Shown piece by piece: positions 37,787-50,100 of a stretch of 64,000 nucleotides of DNA. Origin of the DNA: Pocillopora damicornis. Taxonomy: Eukaryota. Under the pieces are notes generated by a model. It saw only the letters and a list, made by a program, of their open reading frames with translations, had not been told where the DNA came from and made no database searches. Positions within the stretch are counted from its first letter, which is position 1. Every line of letters starts with the position of its first letter. The stretch lies in the NCBI RefSeq assembly GCF_003704095.1, contig NW_020844827.1, positions 558,001-622,000 of the forward strand, read 5' to 3'. Made by a program: the position numbers and the translations under genes.

Positions 37787-38305
37787 AATGCCCCCCTCCT
37801 TAATGGGATTAGCTAGCAAGGCAACCATCGGAAAAGCGACCCGTATGTCTCAAGTTTTTGCTTCATACTAACGATATAAAACAGCTCTTCTTTCATGGAG
37901 GCAGCCTTAATAATCAGGCATATGATTTCTTAAAAACATGTTCCCCTAACCCCAAATCACTTTCTTGAAAAATGGCGTTCTCTATTCTTAGTNNNNNNNN
38001 NNNNNNNNNNNNNNNNNNNNNNNNNNNNNNNNNNNNNNNNNNNNNNNNNNNNNNNNNNNNNNNNNNNNNNNNNNNNNNNNNNNNNNNNNNNNGTCTGTCT
38101 CCCCCTATGTCTGTCTCTCTGTCTCTCTTACTCACTGGTCATGAGGCTCCTTATGAACTAAGTATCGGGGCTGTCAGATTGACAGCATCACACTGGATGC
38201 CTTTTTAGATAGAACATCACTAAACCAGCTTCGAGAGAGAGACAGAGAGAATACCTTTAATTTTTTTATAAAAATATCACAATATACACGATCAAAAACA
38301 CTTAC

Positions 38306-38689
38306 GTGGGTCTCTATCAATCGCCTCAAAAGAGGCATTGAATCCTTTGTTTACGGTGTCGCGGGATTCAAATGTCACTTGAAGGAAATTTCCATCTGAG
38401 TAAACAGGAGGAGGAAGCTTTTGACCACAAATCTCAAAGTCACCAGGCTTTCCACCATGTGAAGCAACGTTTGATATAAAAACACGGGCACTATCTTGTG
38501 CTGCTCCAGCGCAGTCATCGCTTTCACCTGTTACCAGGGTGAACTTCAAAAAGATCAGTTTGATAATTTTCTCACTGGGTACCGTGATATTCCATGTGGA
38601 TTTTCTGTTTGTTGGGAAGTTGTTGGGAAAATTAGGGCTCCAAAAATATCCACTCCAACCATTTAGGTTGACTTCAGATGAGTTGCCGG
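38306..38689 (-). CDS. CUB-domain exon, most 5' visible exon of the polycystin-like gene
   Basis: SGYFWSPNFPNNFP..TWNITVP..IKLIFLKFTL..EICGQKLPPPVYSDGNFLQVTFES..KGFNASF, with phase 1/1 ag/gt junctions. Confidence 0.82.
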
Positions 38690-39379
38690 CTGTAAAGGAA
38701 AGATCACCATCAGTTATTGGATCGTTGAGAAAAAATAGGTTCATTTACTAAATACTTTCCATGAAGCAAAGACGCTCAGGCAGAAATTATAGCCACAATT
38801 TATACCATATAAGTTATTCTATTAGTTGTAGTTATTTCGGTTAAAACGAACTGATTTACGCGCTTCCCACTTAATCAAAGTTACACTTACCATCTAGTCA
38901 TCTCAGCTCAAATTTTACATGCATAGGAAATTATTTAAAAACTAGAGTATTTGCATTTAACCACAGCTTTGGGCACGTTGACATTTTCAGTGGGCACGAC
39001 AAAATGTCAGGAAACCCAGGATGAATGTAGGGGTGTAAATAGCTCGATCACCATTTTCATTTCTGCTGCTTCTTATACTAATTTGTTCAGATAACATTCA
39101 CGGTAGTTTCGTCAAACTGTGAGCTGTCGCGTGCTTTGAGGTGTGGTTTTAGAAGCACTCCCCGAAATTCTCCGTGACAAGTCAGTGCGTTAAATAAGTT
39201 TTTCGGATATTTCATTTGCAACTTGTTACTTCCTCGTCACGTCCAAACGTAACATGAATCAGGTTCTGTAAACAAGCCACTTCAGTCTTATTTAATTTAT
39301 TCAATTTTTTCAATTCATTCTTTGTTCTTTGTACAAAAAAAGAAGTGATAGTTTGCCCAGCAAATGGCTGGAAAGCTAA

Positions 39380-40415
39380 TCATGACGGGGTAAGATAAGT
39401 ACATTAATAACATAAATTAAAGACAAGAAGTCACTGACTCTTAAATGATAACGTAGACGATCGTGTATTGTATGAGTGAATACCAGACGTTTTCTGAAAT
39501 AAATTTAACATGTTTGCTGGGGCTTTATCATTATTGATATCGTGCATTAAGGTTGACACGGACTAGAAAAGTTATTGGAAGCACGTTAGCTTCGAGAAAT
39601 AAAGGAGTTGCATGGTCGTGCCAGTCTGCGAAGTACAGCAAACGAAGACGGTTTTTTTCTGAAGAATTAGAATTTTGTTAAGATAAGTCTTGCATGCCTG
39701 ACCCCAGGCAGCAAGATCATAAGTTAAATAAGGATGAATTAGTGACTTATACATGGATATTTAGTGGTAATGGTCGAGGTACAGAGTGGCGTAGCTTTGC
39801 AAGCAGCCCAACATTTCTACTAATTTTGTAACAATAGAATCAATGTGGTATTTCCAAGAGAGATTCTGATTATTAAGAACGCCCAGGTATTTTATATAAA
39901 CTTTAGACTGAGGGGGAACATATTTATTCTTTACATTATCAAACATGCAAAGTTTTGGTTGGTAAGCGAGTCGCTTTTGGTAAGGATGAAAAATTACAAT
40001 TTGGACTTTTTAATGTTAAGAGTTAGTTTGTTGGCTGCCGACCAGATATAAAGGTTTTGTAGCTCATTGTTGACTATTGTCTCCAGATCTTTCAGATTTT
40101 GGTCCGCATACAATAGGTTAGTGTCGTCTGCAAAGAGGTAAAAACCTAAATTTATTCGAGCATCTGTGGATATCATTGACATATAGCAAGCAAAGCGATG
40201 GTCCAAGAATTGATCCTTGAGGAACACCATATCTAACGACAGCTTTATCTAATATAGGATGGCCTACTTGTGTTGTTTGCGTGCAATTTTTGAGATGCGA
40301 GGAGAACCAATCATTAATTAATCCACAAAAGCCATAGTGATTGAGCTCATCAAGCAAACTGTTGCGATCGACGATGTCGAAGGCTTTATTAAGATCAATG
40401 AATACTCCACAAGAT
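39380..40415 (-). mobile_element. Degraded LINE reverse transcriptase (CR1/L2 group)
   Basis: Frameshifted pieces: FIDLNKAFD, GVPQGSILGP, LFADDTNL, YLGV..LSWKYHI, YKSLIHPYLTY. Confidence 0.9.
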
Positions 40416-40947
40416 AGGTCGGGCTCAGACTCTCTTTCGGCATAATTATCTAAGTTTCCTTTGATAAATCGTCTCGTTGGAATTCAGAGGACGAAGAGGA
40501 GCGTTCAAACGTACATTGTACAAGATGTCTACAACTACCAGCACTGTGCAACAGACGACTTGGGACAACAATTACACAACAACCNNNNNNNNNNNNNNNN
40601 NNNNNNNNNNNNNNNNNNNNNNNNNNNNNNNNNNNNNNNNNNNNNNNNNNNNNNNNNNNNNNNNNNNNNNNNNNNNNNNNNNNNCTGAATTTTATGAAAA
40701 TTTGTTTAAAAGTAAATTAGACTTACTTCTTTTCGAAACTATACCAAGACCGTTAACAGAACAGCTTTACCGGCCCGTTAAGGTACCGGCACCTTCGAGA
40801 AATGGCCCCGAGGTCCTTTTCCTTCCCAGCCCTAGTCCCACGGAACAATTTCACCTGACTTCATCATAATATCCGCCATCTTCTCCGTGTGGACATACTA
40901 TGAGGCTTACATGACACCCACTACAAGTTGTCTTCGACACGAACAAA

Positions 40948-43900
40948 ATGTTGCAATCGGTCTGTAGACGTGTTCCTTTTAAGAGATCTCTGACTGCCCA
41001 GGTAATTATATTTGTTCTAGACCGTACTTCAAAGGAGTGCTTCTCATAAACATGCCTTTCGTGCGTCTGTCCTCCGAGAGATCATAGTTATGAACCAATC
41101 AAAATACAATGTACAATTCAGCGTATAATATAGCCCCTTGTAGATAGTTAGTTAGCTGAGTATTCTAAAATTGTGCTGTTAAGAAAAATGTAAAACGAGA
41201 ACATAAATCTGTTATTTTGTAGAATCTTGTAGATAGTAAACTAAATAAATTTGTTTACTTGCCATTGATTTCTATGCATGATTGTTAATTTGTATTTAGC
41301 CGTCATCAGCTGTCACGCAATAAAAATCTTAAGCTTATAATTTGACTTTTGATATGACTCTCTGGCTGCTCTTCAGTTAAGCAAGAGGTTTCTGAGTCAA
41401 AGAAAAGATGAGAGTCTCACGATTTGCAGTCAAGAAGATGGCATAAGAAGAATTGTTCTAAACAATCCAAAACGAAGGTAGAGCACTAACTCATAATTGT
41501 TACTGTGGCAATCACTTTGAGGCTGCAGAATTCGTGTTACTTTCTTACACACTTTGCCAAGTCATATGCAACCATTGAATGAGTGGTAATAACTACACAA
41601 AGTCCTTCAATCATTACCCTAAAACTAGAGGAATGAAACTCATGAATGCTTGCACGTGAAAGAAACTGTTTGTTTGGCTGGGAACATTGTGCGTATGCTG
41701 AAGCCATGTGAAAAATTGTTATTAATTTATTACTTTTAATAATAGTGTGCCTTTTTTCCCTTCAGGAATGCCCTTTCCTTGAAAATGCTGGATACAATTA
41801 AGTCAAACCTACTTCAAAATGTAGACTCTGGACTTAGAGTTATTGTCTTGTCTGCAAATGGAGGTGTTTTTTCCTCTGGACATGACCTTAAAGAACTGGT
41901 AAGGCCACAGTTCTTGTAGCAAAATGACTAGGTTGCTGAGCTGTGTTGGTTTGGCAGAGGACTTGAAGTTGGTGATCAATGGTATATAAACTGCTTTGGT
42001 GCGCTTTAAAAAGCTAAATTTGCTTCCTAGGTTCTTTTACCATCAACAATTTGTAGTTGATCATCACCTTACAAGTTCTTTTGATGTTAAAAAAATAGTC
42101 ATTTAAGTTATGTTTTGCAGGAGCAGGCTACCCTTTCAAAAAATTTTAAGACAATTATCACTACAAATCTAGTCCTCAGAAGTAGTTTTAAAATATTCAA
42201 ACTGGCCTGCAAAGTGTATTGAGCACTGAATGAGAATTTTTTCTATTACAAATTGCAGACAGAAGAAGAAGGAACTGACCATCATGCCCAAATCTTTCAT
42301 CGTTGCACTGAAGTCATGACACTTGTTCAGGTGTGTAATTTAATGTACTCAGTTTTTCTTTTATTCCCTAAACCTCTAAGAGTGACTAACATCTAATGTT
42401 TCCTTACAATATCACCCCTTAATCTCGCATTAACATCACAAGTGTAAAGGAAATGATTGCCAACCAAAGAAACTCTTGATTGTCAAACAAATTCTCTTTG
42501 TCAGTACCTTAGGAAATGAACAGAGAACAGTATGGAGAATATGCATATTGAGCTTGGGGAGAAAAGGTTGATCTACTATACCTGATAGCATCAATTGTTA
42601 CTAAATTTCTGTCATTTCTGTAGTAACACACAGAGAAATTGTTGAAAATTTACTGAAAAGAAAACAAAAATAATTAGTTTAGAACCTCTAAATAATAAAA
42701 CACAAATTTATTTTCTTTTAAAATTTAATTCAAATATTTCAGGATATTTCTGTTCCTGTCATAGCACAAGTGAATGGTAGGTATAGGAATTCAAATGAAT
42801 GCAAGTGCATTTTGACATCTATGGGCAGGAATATTGGCGAGAAAGTTTTTGTTTCCTAGTCAATGTGCTCTCTTTATTTCTTGCACAATTCTTTGGTGAT
42901 TGCGTACAGTAAAGGAAGGGCCATGGGTTCAGAGCCACTTTAACCCTTTAACTCCCAAGAATCCATTAGTAACTCTCCCTACAGTCTGACATACAATTTA
43001 TGTTATGTTAATTTGGAGAATTTAAAATTGGATCAACCAACAATGCCCTAATTGATATATTTCTTTATTCTCATTACTTGTCTGCTTTTTATAGTGCTGA
43101 TAGTGCAAGGAGAAATTCTGTCTTGGTCACCAGTGGGACTTAAAGGGTTAAATCATCAAAACAATAAGGTTGCTCTGAACCAACTGTATAGTACTCTGTA
43201 TGAGTAAGAGGAACCTTACAGAATTGTGGTTGATCATGCCAAGAAAATGGTTGATTAACTAAAGACAAAATAAATGCATATATGCCTCCATGGTCATTAA
43301 TCTTTTGGCTCTACAGCTTTCACAGAGTTGTTTTTTGTAATTTATTGAAGGTTCATTTTGTATATAATTTACAGGACTTGCAACTGCTGCAGGATGTCAA
43401 TTAGTAGCCAGTTGTGATATTGCAGTGGCCTCCTCTAATTCACAATTTGCTACACCAGGGTGAGTATGCACAGAAAAACAAGACTTCAAGGAGAAGAGAC
43501 ACTTTGTACAATATAGAAAATTGTAGAAAAATTGTAGAAAACACCACTTGTTCATGAAATAAACAATATGGCTGCCAATCATTTTTGTAGGTTAGCCAGA
43601 CATTTTATGGCTTCAAGCCAGATACATGTAACTAAAGAGACAAAGGCAAATTAAAAAAAAAGGAGCATTATGTAATTATATTTTATGAAAATTCTTAATA
43701 ATAGACCACAAACACTAAGAAATATAATTATTACAACCTGTTACTTGACCTATTTGAAGGCAGGTCACTAAATTTGAAATGTCCAATATAGTTTTATACT
43801 CACCATGGTAACCAAAATGGTCATAGCTTGGAGTGTATTCCATAAACTATCTGAATACCTCAATTTGGTTGAGGTGCCTTCATGATCAAGGAAAACCAAG

Positions 43901-45317
43901 AACTGCATGTAAAGGCTACAAGACTATGTCTACATTGTCCATCTATTAACCTACATCACTTGTACATGAAATCAGTATGAATAACAAGGCTTGCAGAAAT
44001 CTCATAAGTCTAAGAATTCATAGTTTTTGAAAGCCTTTATAAATCATTACATTGTTTTATTTTGTTGTTTGGTTGTTGTTTTTTACTTTTTAGTGTCAAC
44101 ATTGGGTTATTTTGTTCTACTCCTGGAGTTGCTTTGGCTCGTGCTGTACCTAGAAAAGTGGCATTAGAAATGTTATTTACTGGCAACCCTATTAGTGCAG
44201 ATGGTAAAGACATTTTTCCTGGCTAGAGATATTTTAGGATTTTTAAGTGACAGTTGTATCTCTATTTAGTTCTTCTTCACTTGGTGTATCAAGAGAGAAG
44301 GGTTAGGATAACATGGTTTAGATCCCTGCGATGTGAACATTTTCCTCCCCCTTATGCCTACCCCCCCTTCAGTAAGAACGTATCTATTTTGCGGCTGACG
44401 GCTAGTCACACCAACAGCTCAGTCTACTGATGGAATGCTGGATTATATCAAACTAACAACCATATTGTGTTATTTCCCAATTTAACAGATGCTCTTAAGT
44501 CTGGCCTCCTTAGCAAGGTTGTACCTGAGGAAAAACTAGAAGAAGAAGTCAATGCGATTGCTACAAAGATTGCTTCATTAAGTCAGCCTGTTGTAGCTAT
44601 GGGAAAGTCATGTTTCTACTCACAAACCATGAGAGGACGGGATCAAGCTTATGAGTGAGTTTTAGCTAAAAATGACAGAAATCTTCTCAAAATTTCACGC
44701 GAAAATGTGGTGCTTGGTCGGTTGAAACAACTGTTTGGGGTTTTTTAGCTACGAGGCCCACTAAGATTTGTAATACTTACATTTTGAACGTCTAGAATCT
44801 ATTTATGTTGCTGCAACTTCATTGAATAATTCCAGTTTAGAGCGTCTCTCAAATGAGTTTTGTCAAAACGAAACCATGTATTTCCAATTGCCACGAGAAC
44901 AAAGGAAAATATCACCATAAACCAATAAGATCTCGAATTGAAAGCGAATCACTGCCGAAGAGCGGGAAAACGCAAATGAACAAGACGTCAATCGCTTAAG
45001 ATTTGTATCTTGTTAGAGGAGGGTGTAACACTAACTTACTATACCAAATGATTAAGTGTACAGGAGCGCTTTTCATTTTACTGTCTAGAACTAGAAGTTA
45101 AATAATCTTAAAAGGAGAAAATGACCCTAGTGAGGCTTAAAACGGAATTTAGAGTCATAGCTTTTTTTTTTTTTCCCTATATTCACGTAGCTGTTAATTT
45201 TTGTTGCTTTTCAGAGAGGCGGAGGCAGTGATGGTTGAGAACCTGAAGCTTCGTGATGGGCAGGAAGGAATCAAGGCTTTTCTTCAAAAAAAGAAGCCAT
45301 CTTGGACACACAACTGA
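40948..45317 (+). CDS. ECHDC3: Enoyl-CoA hydratase domain-containing protein 3, mitochondrial (285 aa); exons 40948-41001, 41377-41477, 41766-41898, 42259-42330, 42743-42776, 43375-43459, 44094-44203, 44489-44654, 45215-45317
   Basis: In-phase exons. Motifs [72 protein letters not shown]; Arg-rich presequence. Confidence 0.95.
42940..43151. mobile_element. Complete TTAA-CCCT...AGGG-TTAA MITE in ECHDC3 intron
   Basis: ttaaccctttaactccca / tgggacttaaagggttaa terminal inverted repeat. Related copies at ~42361-42571, ~49131-49343, ~55569-55748 and ~63658-63832. Confidence 0.75.
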
Positions 45318-45349
45318 CTGTCATTAGCTGTAGTTCGTGTCTACACAAT

Positions 45350-45580
45350 ATTCAGTTGCGTTGGTTTCGCTTTACTTCACTACGCTCTGTGATTGGTTTA
45401 AAAAAACTCACGCCATTCTCTTAACCAATCAGATGTAAAACCTAAATCAATCGGTGCCCGGTCACTCACGTTTCCCGCGCTTCGGGCAATGTTTGAACTC
45501 TATAATCTCATTCACTTCTTGTGATATGTCTCTTGTTCTGTTTGGCCGTTGGTATAATTGGGAAAAAAAAGGTAGGGGTT
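45350..45580. repeat. Dispersed CCAATCA-rich repeat family (also ~56310-56550, ~59060-59170, ~59600-59810)
   Basis: Shared string (a)accaatcagatg(t/c)aaaac(c/t)taaa..aatc..g..c(t/c)gg.c.c(t/g)c.cgttt.ccgc. Confidence 0.6.
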
Positions 45581-47102
45581 GTTCGTCAGTCCAGTGTTAT
45601 ACTTCAGCAGTCCAAAGAAAAAGGTACTTTATCCTCCCGAAGGAGAATCTTAATTGTTTGTTCACGTGAATTGACCTTCAAAGTATTACATTTGCGCACA
45701 CGATTATTTATTTAAACTAATGTAACGTTTTTGCAAATAACATTTAAAAACAAACTCAACGGATACAACGCACTAAATTGATGATGGCATGAGTCATGTC
45801 GAAACATGTCTGCAAAAGATTTTTCTCGTGAATTTGAAATTTGTTTTAAGAATAATAATTATTAATAAAATGCGATAATACAAATAAATTCTGAAATTCA
45901 AACCTGAACTCGCAGATGTGTAACATAGGTTTCTCATAGCTGAGCACTTGCAATTATCCAGGAATTGCCAGAAAGGTGTAATCATAACTCAAGAAGGAAG
46001 TTTTTCCACGCAATAACAAGTGCATACAACGTTGACAAAAGGGAAACCTAAGTTTTCGCCACGACGTAAAATCCACGAAAAGCAATGGCTACAATAACTC
46101 TTTCAATTGAGAGGATTTACCTTCTTCGTCAGCTAACAGCACTTTCTTATTTCCCTACCCTCTCTGCGAGTTAAATATACCTGTCCCTTCCAAAAAGGTT
46201 GAGCATCTTCAAACAGTCGTCAACAAGACTCTCTTCTGCCCAACGACTAATCTTTCTCGTCGTGATGTCACAAACTAGAAATTTGCGCGCGCTTGTATTA
46301 ACCAATAAGATTCATAATTGATTTCTGACGTGAACGAGAGGATATCTCCCAACCTCTTTCCCAAGGTCCTCTCCTCATGCCTCGAAGGAGAAAATGATAG
46401 GACCTGCAAACGAGGTCATATATCACGGGCGCGGCGTGCGCAAACTTTTGCGTGCTCTTCATCATCATTTGCTTCATGTTTAGCACACGCGCGTTGAAAT
46501 TGCGCAGGACGGAGAAAATCTGTTGCTGATCAATCTTATTACCAGATCTTACGTTAACCTTATCCAGCGGAACGGCCGCTGTAGCGCACAGAGTCGTCCT
46601 TTCCTGACGGCTGATCAAGGAAACAAGGACTCTGGAAACGAAATTGATCATTGATTCGTACACAGTAGATTGCACAGCGGAATAAAATAAAGGTAGGGGG
46701 AGTAAATGACCCCCATAGACAATTTTTTAGTACTAATTTTCGAAGCAATGCAACTTAACCTCCAAAAGCGTCAGAAATATTTTGATAATATAATAAATCC
46801 GCAGCAAGCTCTAAATTTCGTGCTCAAAGAAAAGCTGAGAAATTTACCAAAATTCGAAGGAAGTAAACCTGAAACCAAATTTCGTCTTCATAATAATTAA
46901 ATCAGCCATCTTCCATGGAAGCAAGGCAGGATTTCAGTAGGGAGGACTCAGGCGATGGTTTGACACGCAACTGAAACATGGTACGCATGCGTGTTCAACC
47001 GAGTCCCTCTAAGCGAAATTTTCATTTCCCTGTCGGCCCAAGAATTAATGGATAAAAGTACGTAAAGCTAGTAGAATTTTCCACAGGAATTGAAGCAGCA
47101 AG

Positions 47103-50100
47103 ATGCAATCAAAGGATATAGTAAGCACGTTAAAGAAGTTCGACGCATACCCTAAGACGCTCGAAGATTTTCGAGTGAAAACTTTCGGTGGAGCGGCAGG
47201 TATGCTATGAAGCTTGTAACTTTAAATAGGATTTAGTTGAGGTAAAATTAGTCACATACTGCCGCTAAGTGAAAGACAAATGATATGTGTTTTAATCTGG
47301 TTGGGTTATTGAAATCATCAAAATAGCTGGTAGTTAAAATGTAAACTATTTTATGTGTATTTGTGGGAAAACCTTTGCAAAGTTAGTTATGCACTTTGTT
47401 ACGTGGCGATTTCTACGGTAACCATGAAGATGCATGTGTAATCATTTTATGATAATCGTAAAAATATAATGTTTATACGGCTAGGCAGTGTTCAGGATCT
47501 TAAATCAAGTCTATAAGCCACTTTTAGGCAGTAATTAGTGACAAACGTGTCTATTGACTGACCCATGTCTTCGTTTCACCTCCTATCCGCGTATCCGACG
47601 GTCTGGTTTTCTGACAGTTGGTTTATCCAATCAAATGCGTCCATGTGTTGAGGGGGGCCTGAAATAATTATCTACATCAATACAACAACAACCTCCTACA
47701 TAATGGAGATATATAGAAAAAAGTTCCAGGAGTCCTGCATATTAAACTTGAATTTAAGGGCTTTACATAATAATTCCTGTGTTATGTTTTAAATATTTTC
47801 TGGTATTACCACAAAGTGTGCTCTGGGTTGGTGTTTGTGGTAGTGTAAAACCTCTTTCTGTGTCCTCTGGTTTCTGCCCTCCACAAAAACCAACATCCAA
47901 ATTTCAGTTTGACCTGGAAACAGTGGACTAGTAGAGCTATGCTGTGGAATGTCCCCTGCTAAATTACTGTTATTATTATTATTTTTATTTTTATTTTTAC
48001 ATTTCTCTTTTGATTCCTCTTCAGTGACATTGGTTAGTGGATTGCTGATGTTCCTTCTGTTTGTATCAGAATTAAGTTTTTACTTATCAACAGAGGTAAG
48101 AGAGTTATTAATGACAGAATATTTTATATTAAGTTACTTATGGCTTTAAATGTAAGAAATTTCCTTTTCTAAGTCTTTTCTGAGCCAAACTTTTAAGTCT
48201 TTTTTTAAGCCAAAAATGTGATTCCATCAACTGACAAATTTTTTAAATAATTAATTTGCAGGTTACACCAGAACTATATGTTGATACTGCCCGTGGAGAA
48301 AAGCTTAGAATTAATGTAGATATCATTTTCTCAAAATTACCCTGTGTTTGTAAGTACTTTTTTCAGTTTTAATTTTGTTGTAGACAACTGACATATAGGA
48401 TAAAAAAGTATAATATTTTTTTAAAAGGGATGATTTTCTAAAGAAGCTGTGAAGCTACATCCCTAGGGATGTTAAGAGTTAATTTGGTTTTATCAACTGT
48501 AAATTGTCACTGTAATAAGGTTTTAAAACTGACATTTAAAACATTTGCTCTTTGTCAGAGCATTGACAAAGGACTAATACTTGAATTTTGGGAATAACAT
48601 TTGTATGGTGTGCACCAGATATGGCAGAAGTCAAAATTTAACCAGTGATTTTGACTTGCATTTGGATACTTTTCACAGTCTTCCCACTCTTGATCCACCA
48701 ATGGTGGTTAGGGGAAGTTTATGGAAGTATTGAAAGAAAACCTACCCAGGGAATAAGGCTATAAAGTTAGTAACCTGTGGTCAGATTTTATTCATGGGGG
48801 GAAACACACAATTCAGTAGCAGTACACTGTGTTCTCCTCTAAAGGAAGACTTGATCATGATGGCTGGATAGGAAATGTACAAGGATCAGAAATATATGTA
48901 TCAAGTACAGTAAAGACCTTGATCAAAACTGTGATCAAGTTATGATAACCTATGAATTAAAAGACTTTTTTCTGTCTTTCAGAACAAAAACTAGCCAACT
49001 TTAAAAACTGCACCAGTATGTGAAACCTATTCATCTCTAATTTTCTTTCAGATTTAAGTATAGATGCCATGGATGTATCTGGCGAGCAACAGGTATTGTG
49101 TGAATTGATTTGAAAACTATATTAAAATTAATGAACACTTTAATTCCTTTGAGCGACTAGCATCTAATTTCTCCTTAGAATATTATCCTGGAATCAAACG
49201 TGGAGGTCACACGAGTAACAGAAATGATCACAGACCATACAAACTCTTATCTGTTTTACAAATTCTCCTTGTCAGAACCTCAGGAAATGTATAGAGAACA
49301 GTATGGAGAATATGCATACTGATGTTAGGGTGTAAAGGGTTTATTATAATTATACTATTTACATTATTATCAATGTTTAGAGCAGTGGTGTATGTAGTAG
49401 TTATTTATTTTGCACACAGATTGATGTAATGCATAGTATATTTAAAACAAGAGTGGATTTGGATGGAAAACCTATAGACGAAAATGCAGAAAAAGGAGGT
49501 TGGTAAATAAATTTGCATCAAACTGTAGTTCAAGTTTTTTTTTGTAAAATTAACATAATTTTGAGTTTGATCTGTAGGAATATACATTAATCAATTTATT
49601 TTTTCTCTCTCCTAAACAGATCTAGGTGATAAGAGCCACGAGGCCAAAGAGTTACTTGAGGTGAGTTAATCCTTTAACTCCCATGAGTGACCAAGGTAGA
49701 ATTTCTCCTTACCAAATCAATACAACAACAAACAGACAAGTGTTGAGAATAAAGAAAAATAATTATCAGTTAGAGGATCTGATCTGAAAAGCTTTTTTTG
49801 TTCTTGTAACATCACAGTTGGGTTCTTACATATGTAATCTTAGAGGAAGTGAAACTTCAGACTGTTGCTTAATTCACCACAGATCTGATCTGGAAAGTTT
49901 TTTTTGTTCTTATAACATCACAGTTGGGTTCTTACACATGTAATGTTATAGGAAGTGAAACTCCAGACTGTTGCTTAATTCACCACATTATTATTTCCTT
50001 TACAGCTTGATCCCAACAGATGTGAATCTTGTTATGGTGCAGAGACAGCTGGAAAGACTTGCTGTAATACATGCGAAGATGTGAGGGAAGCCTACAGAAG

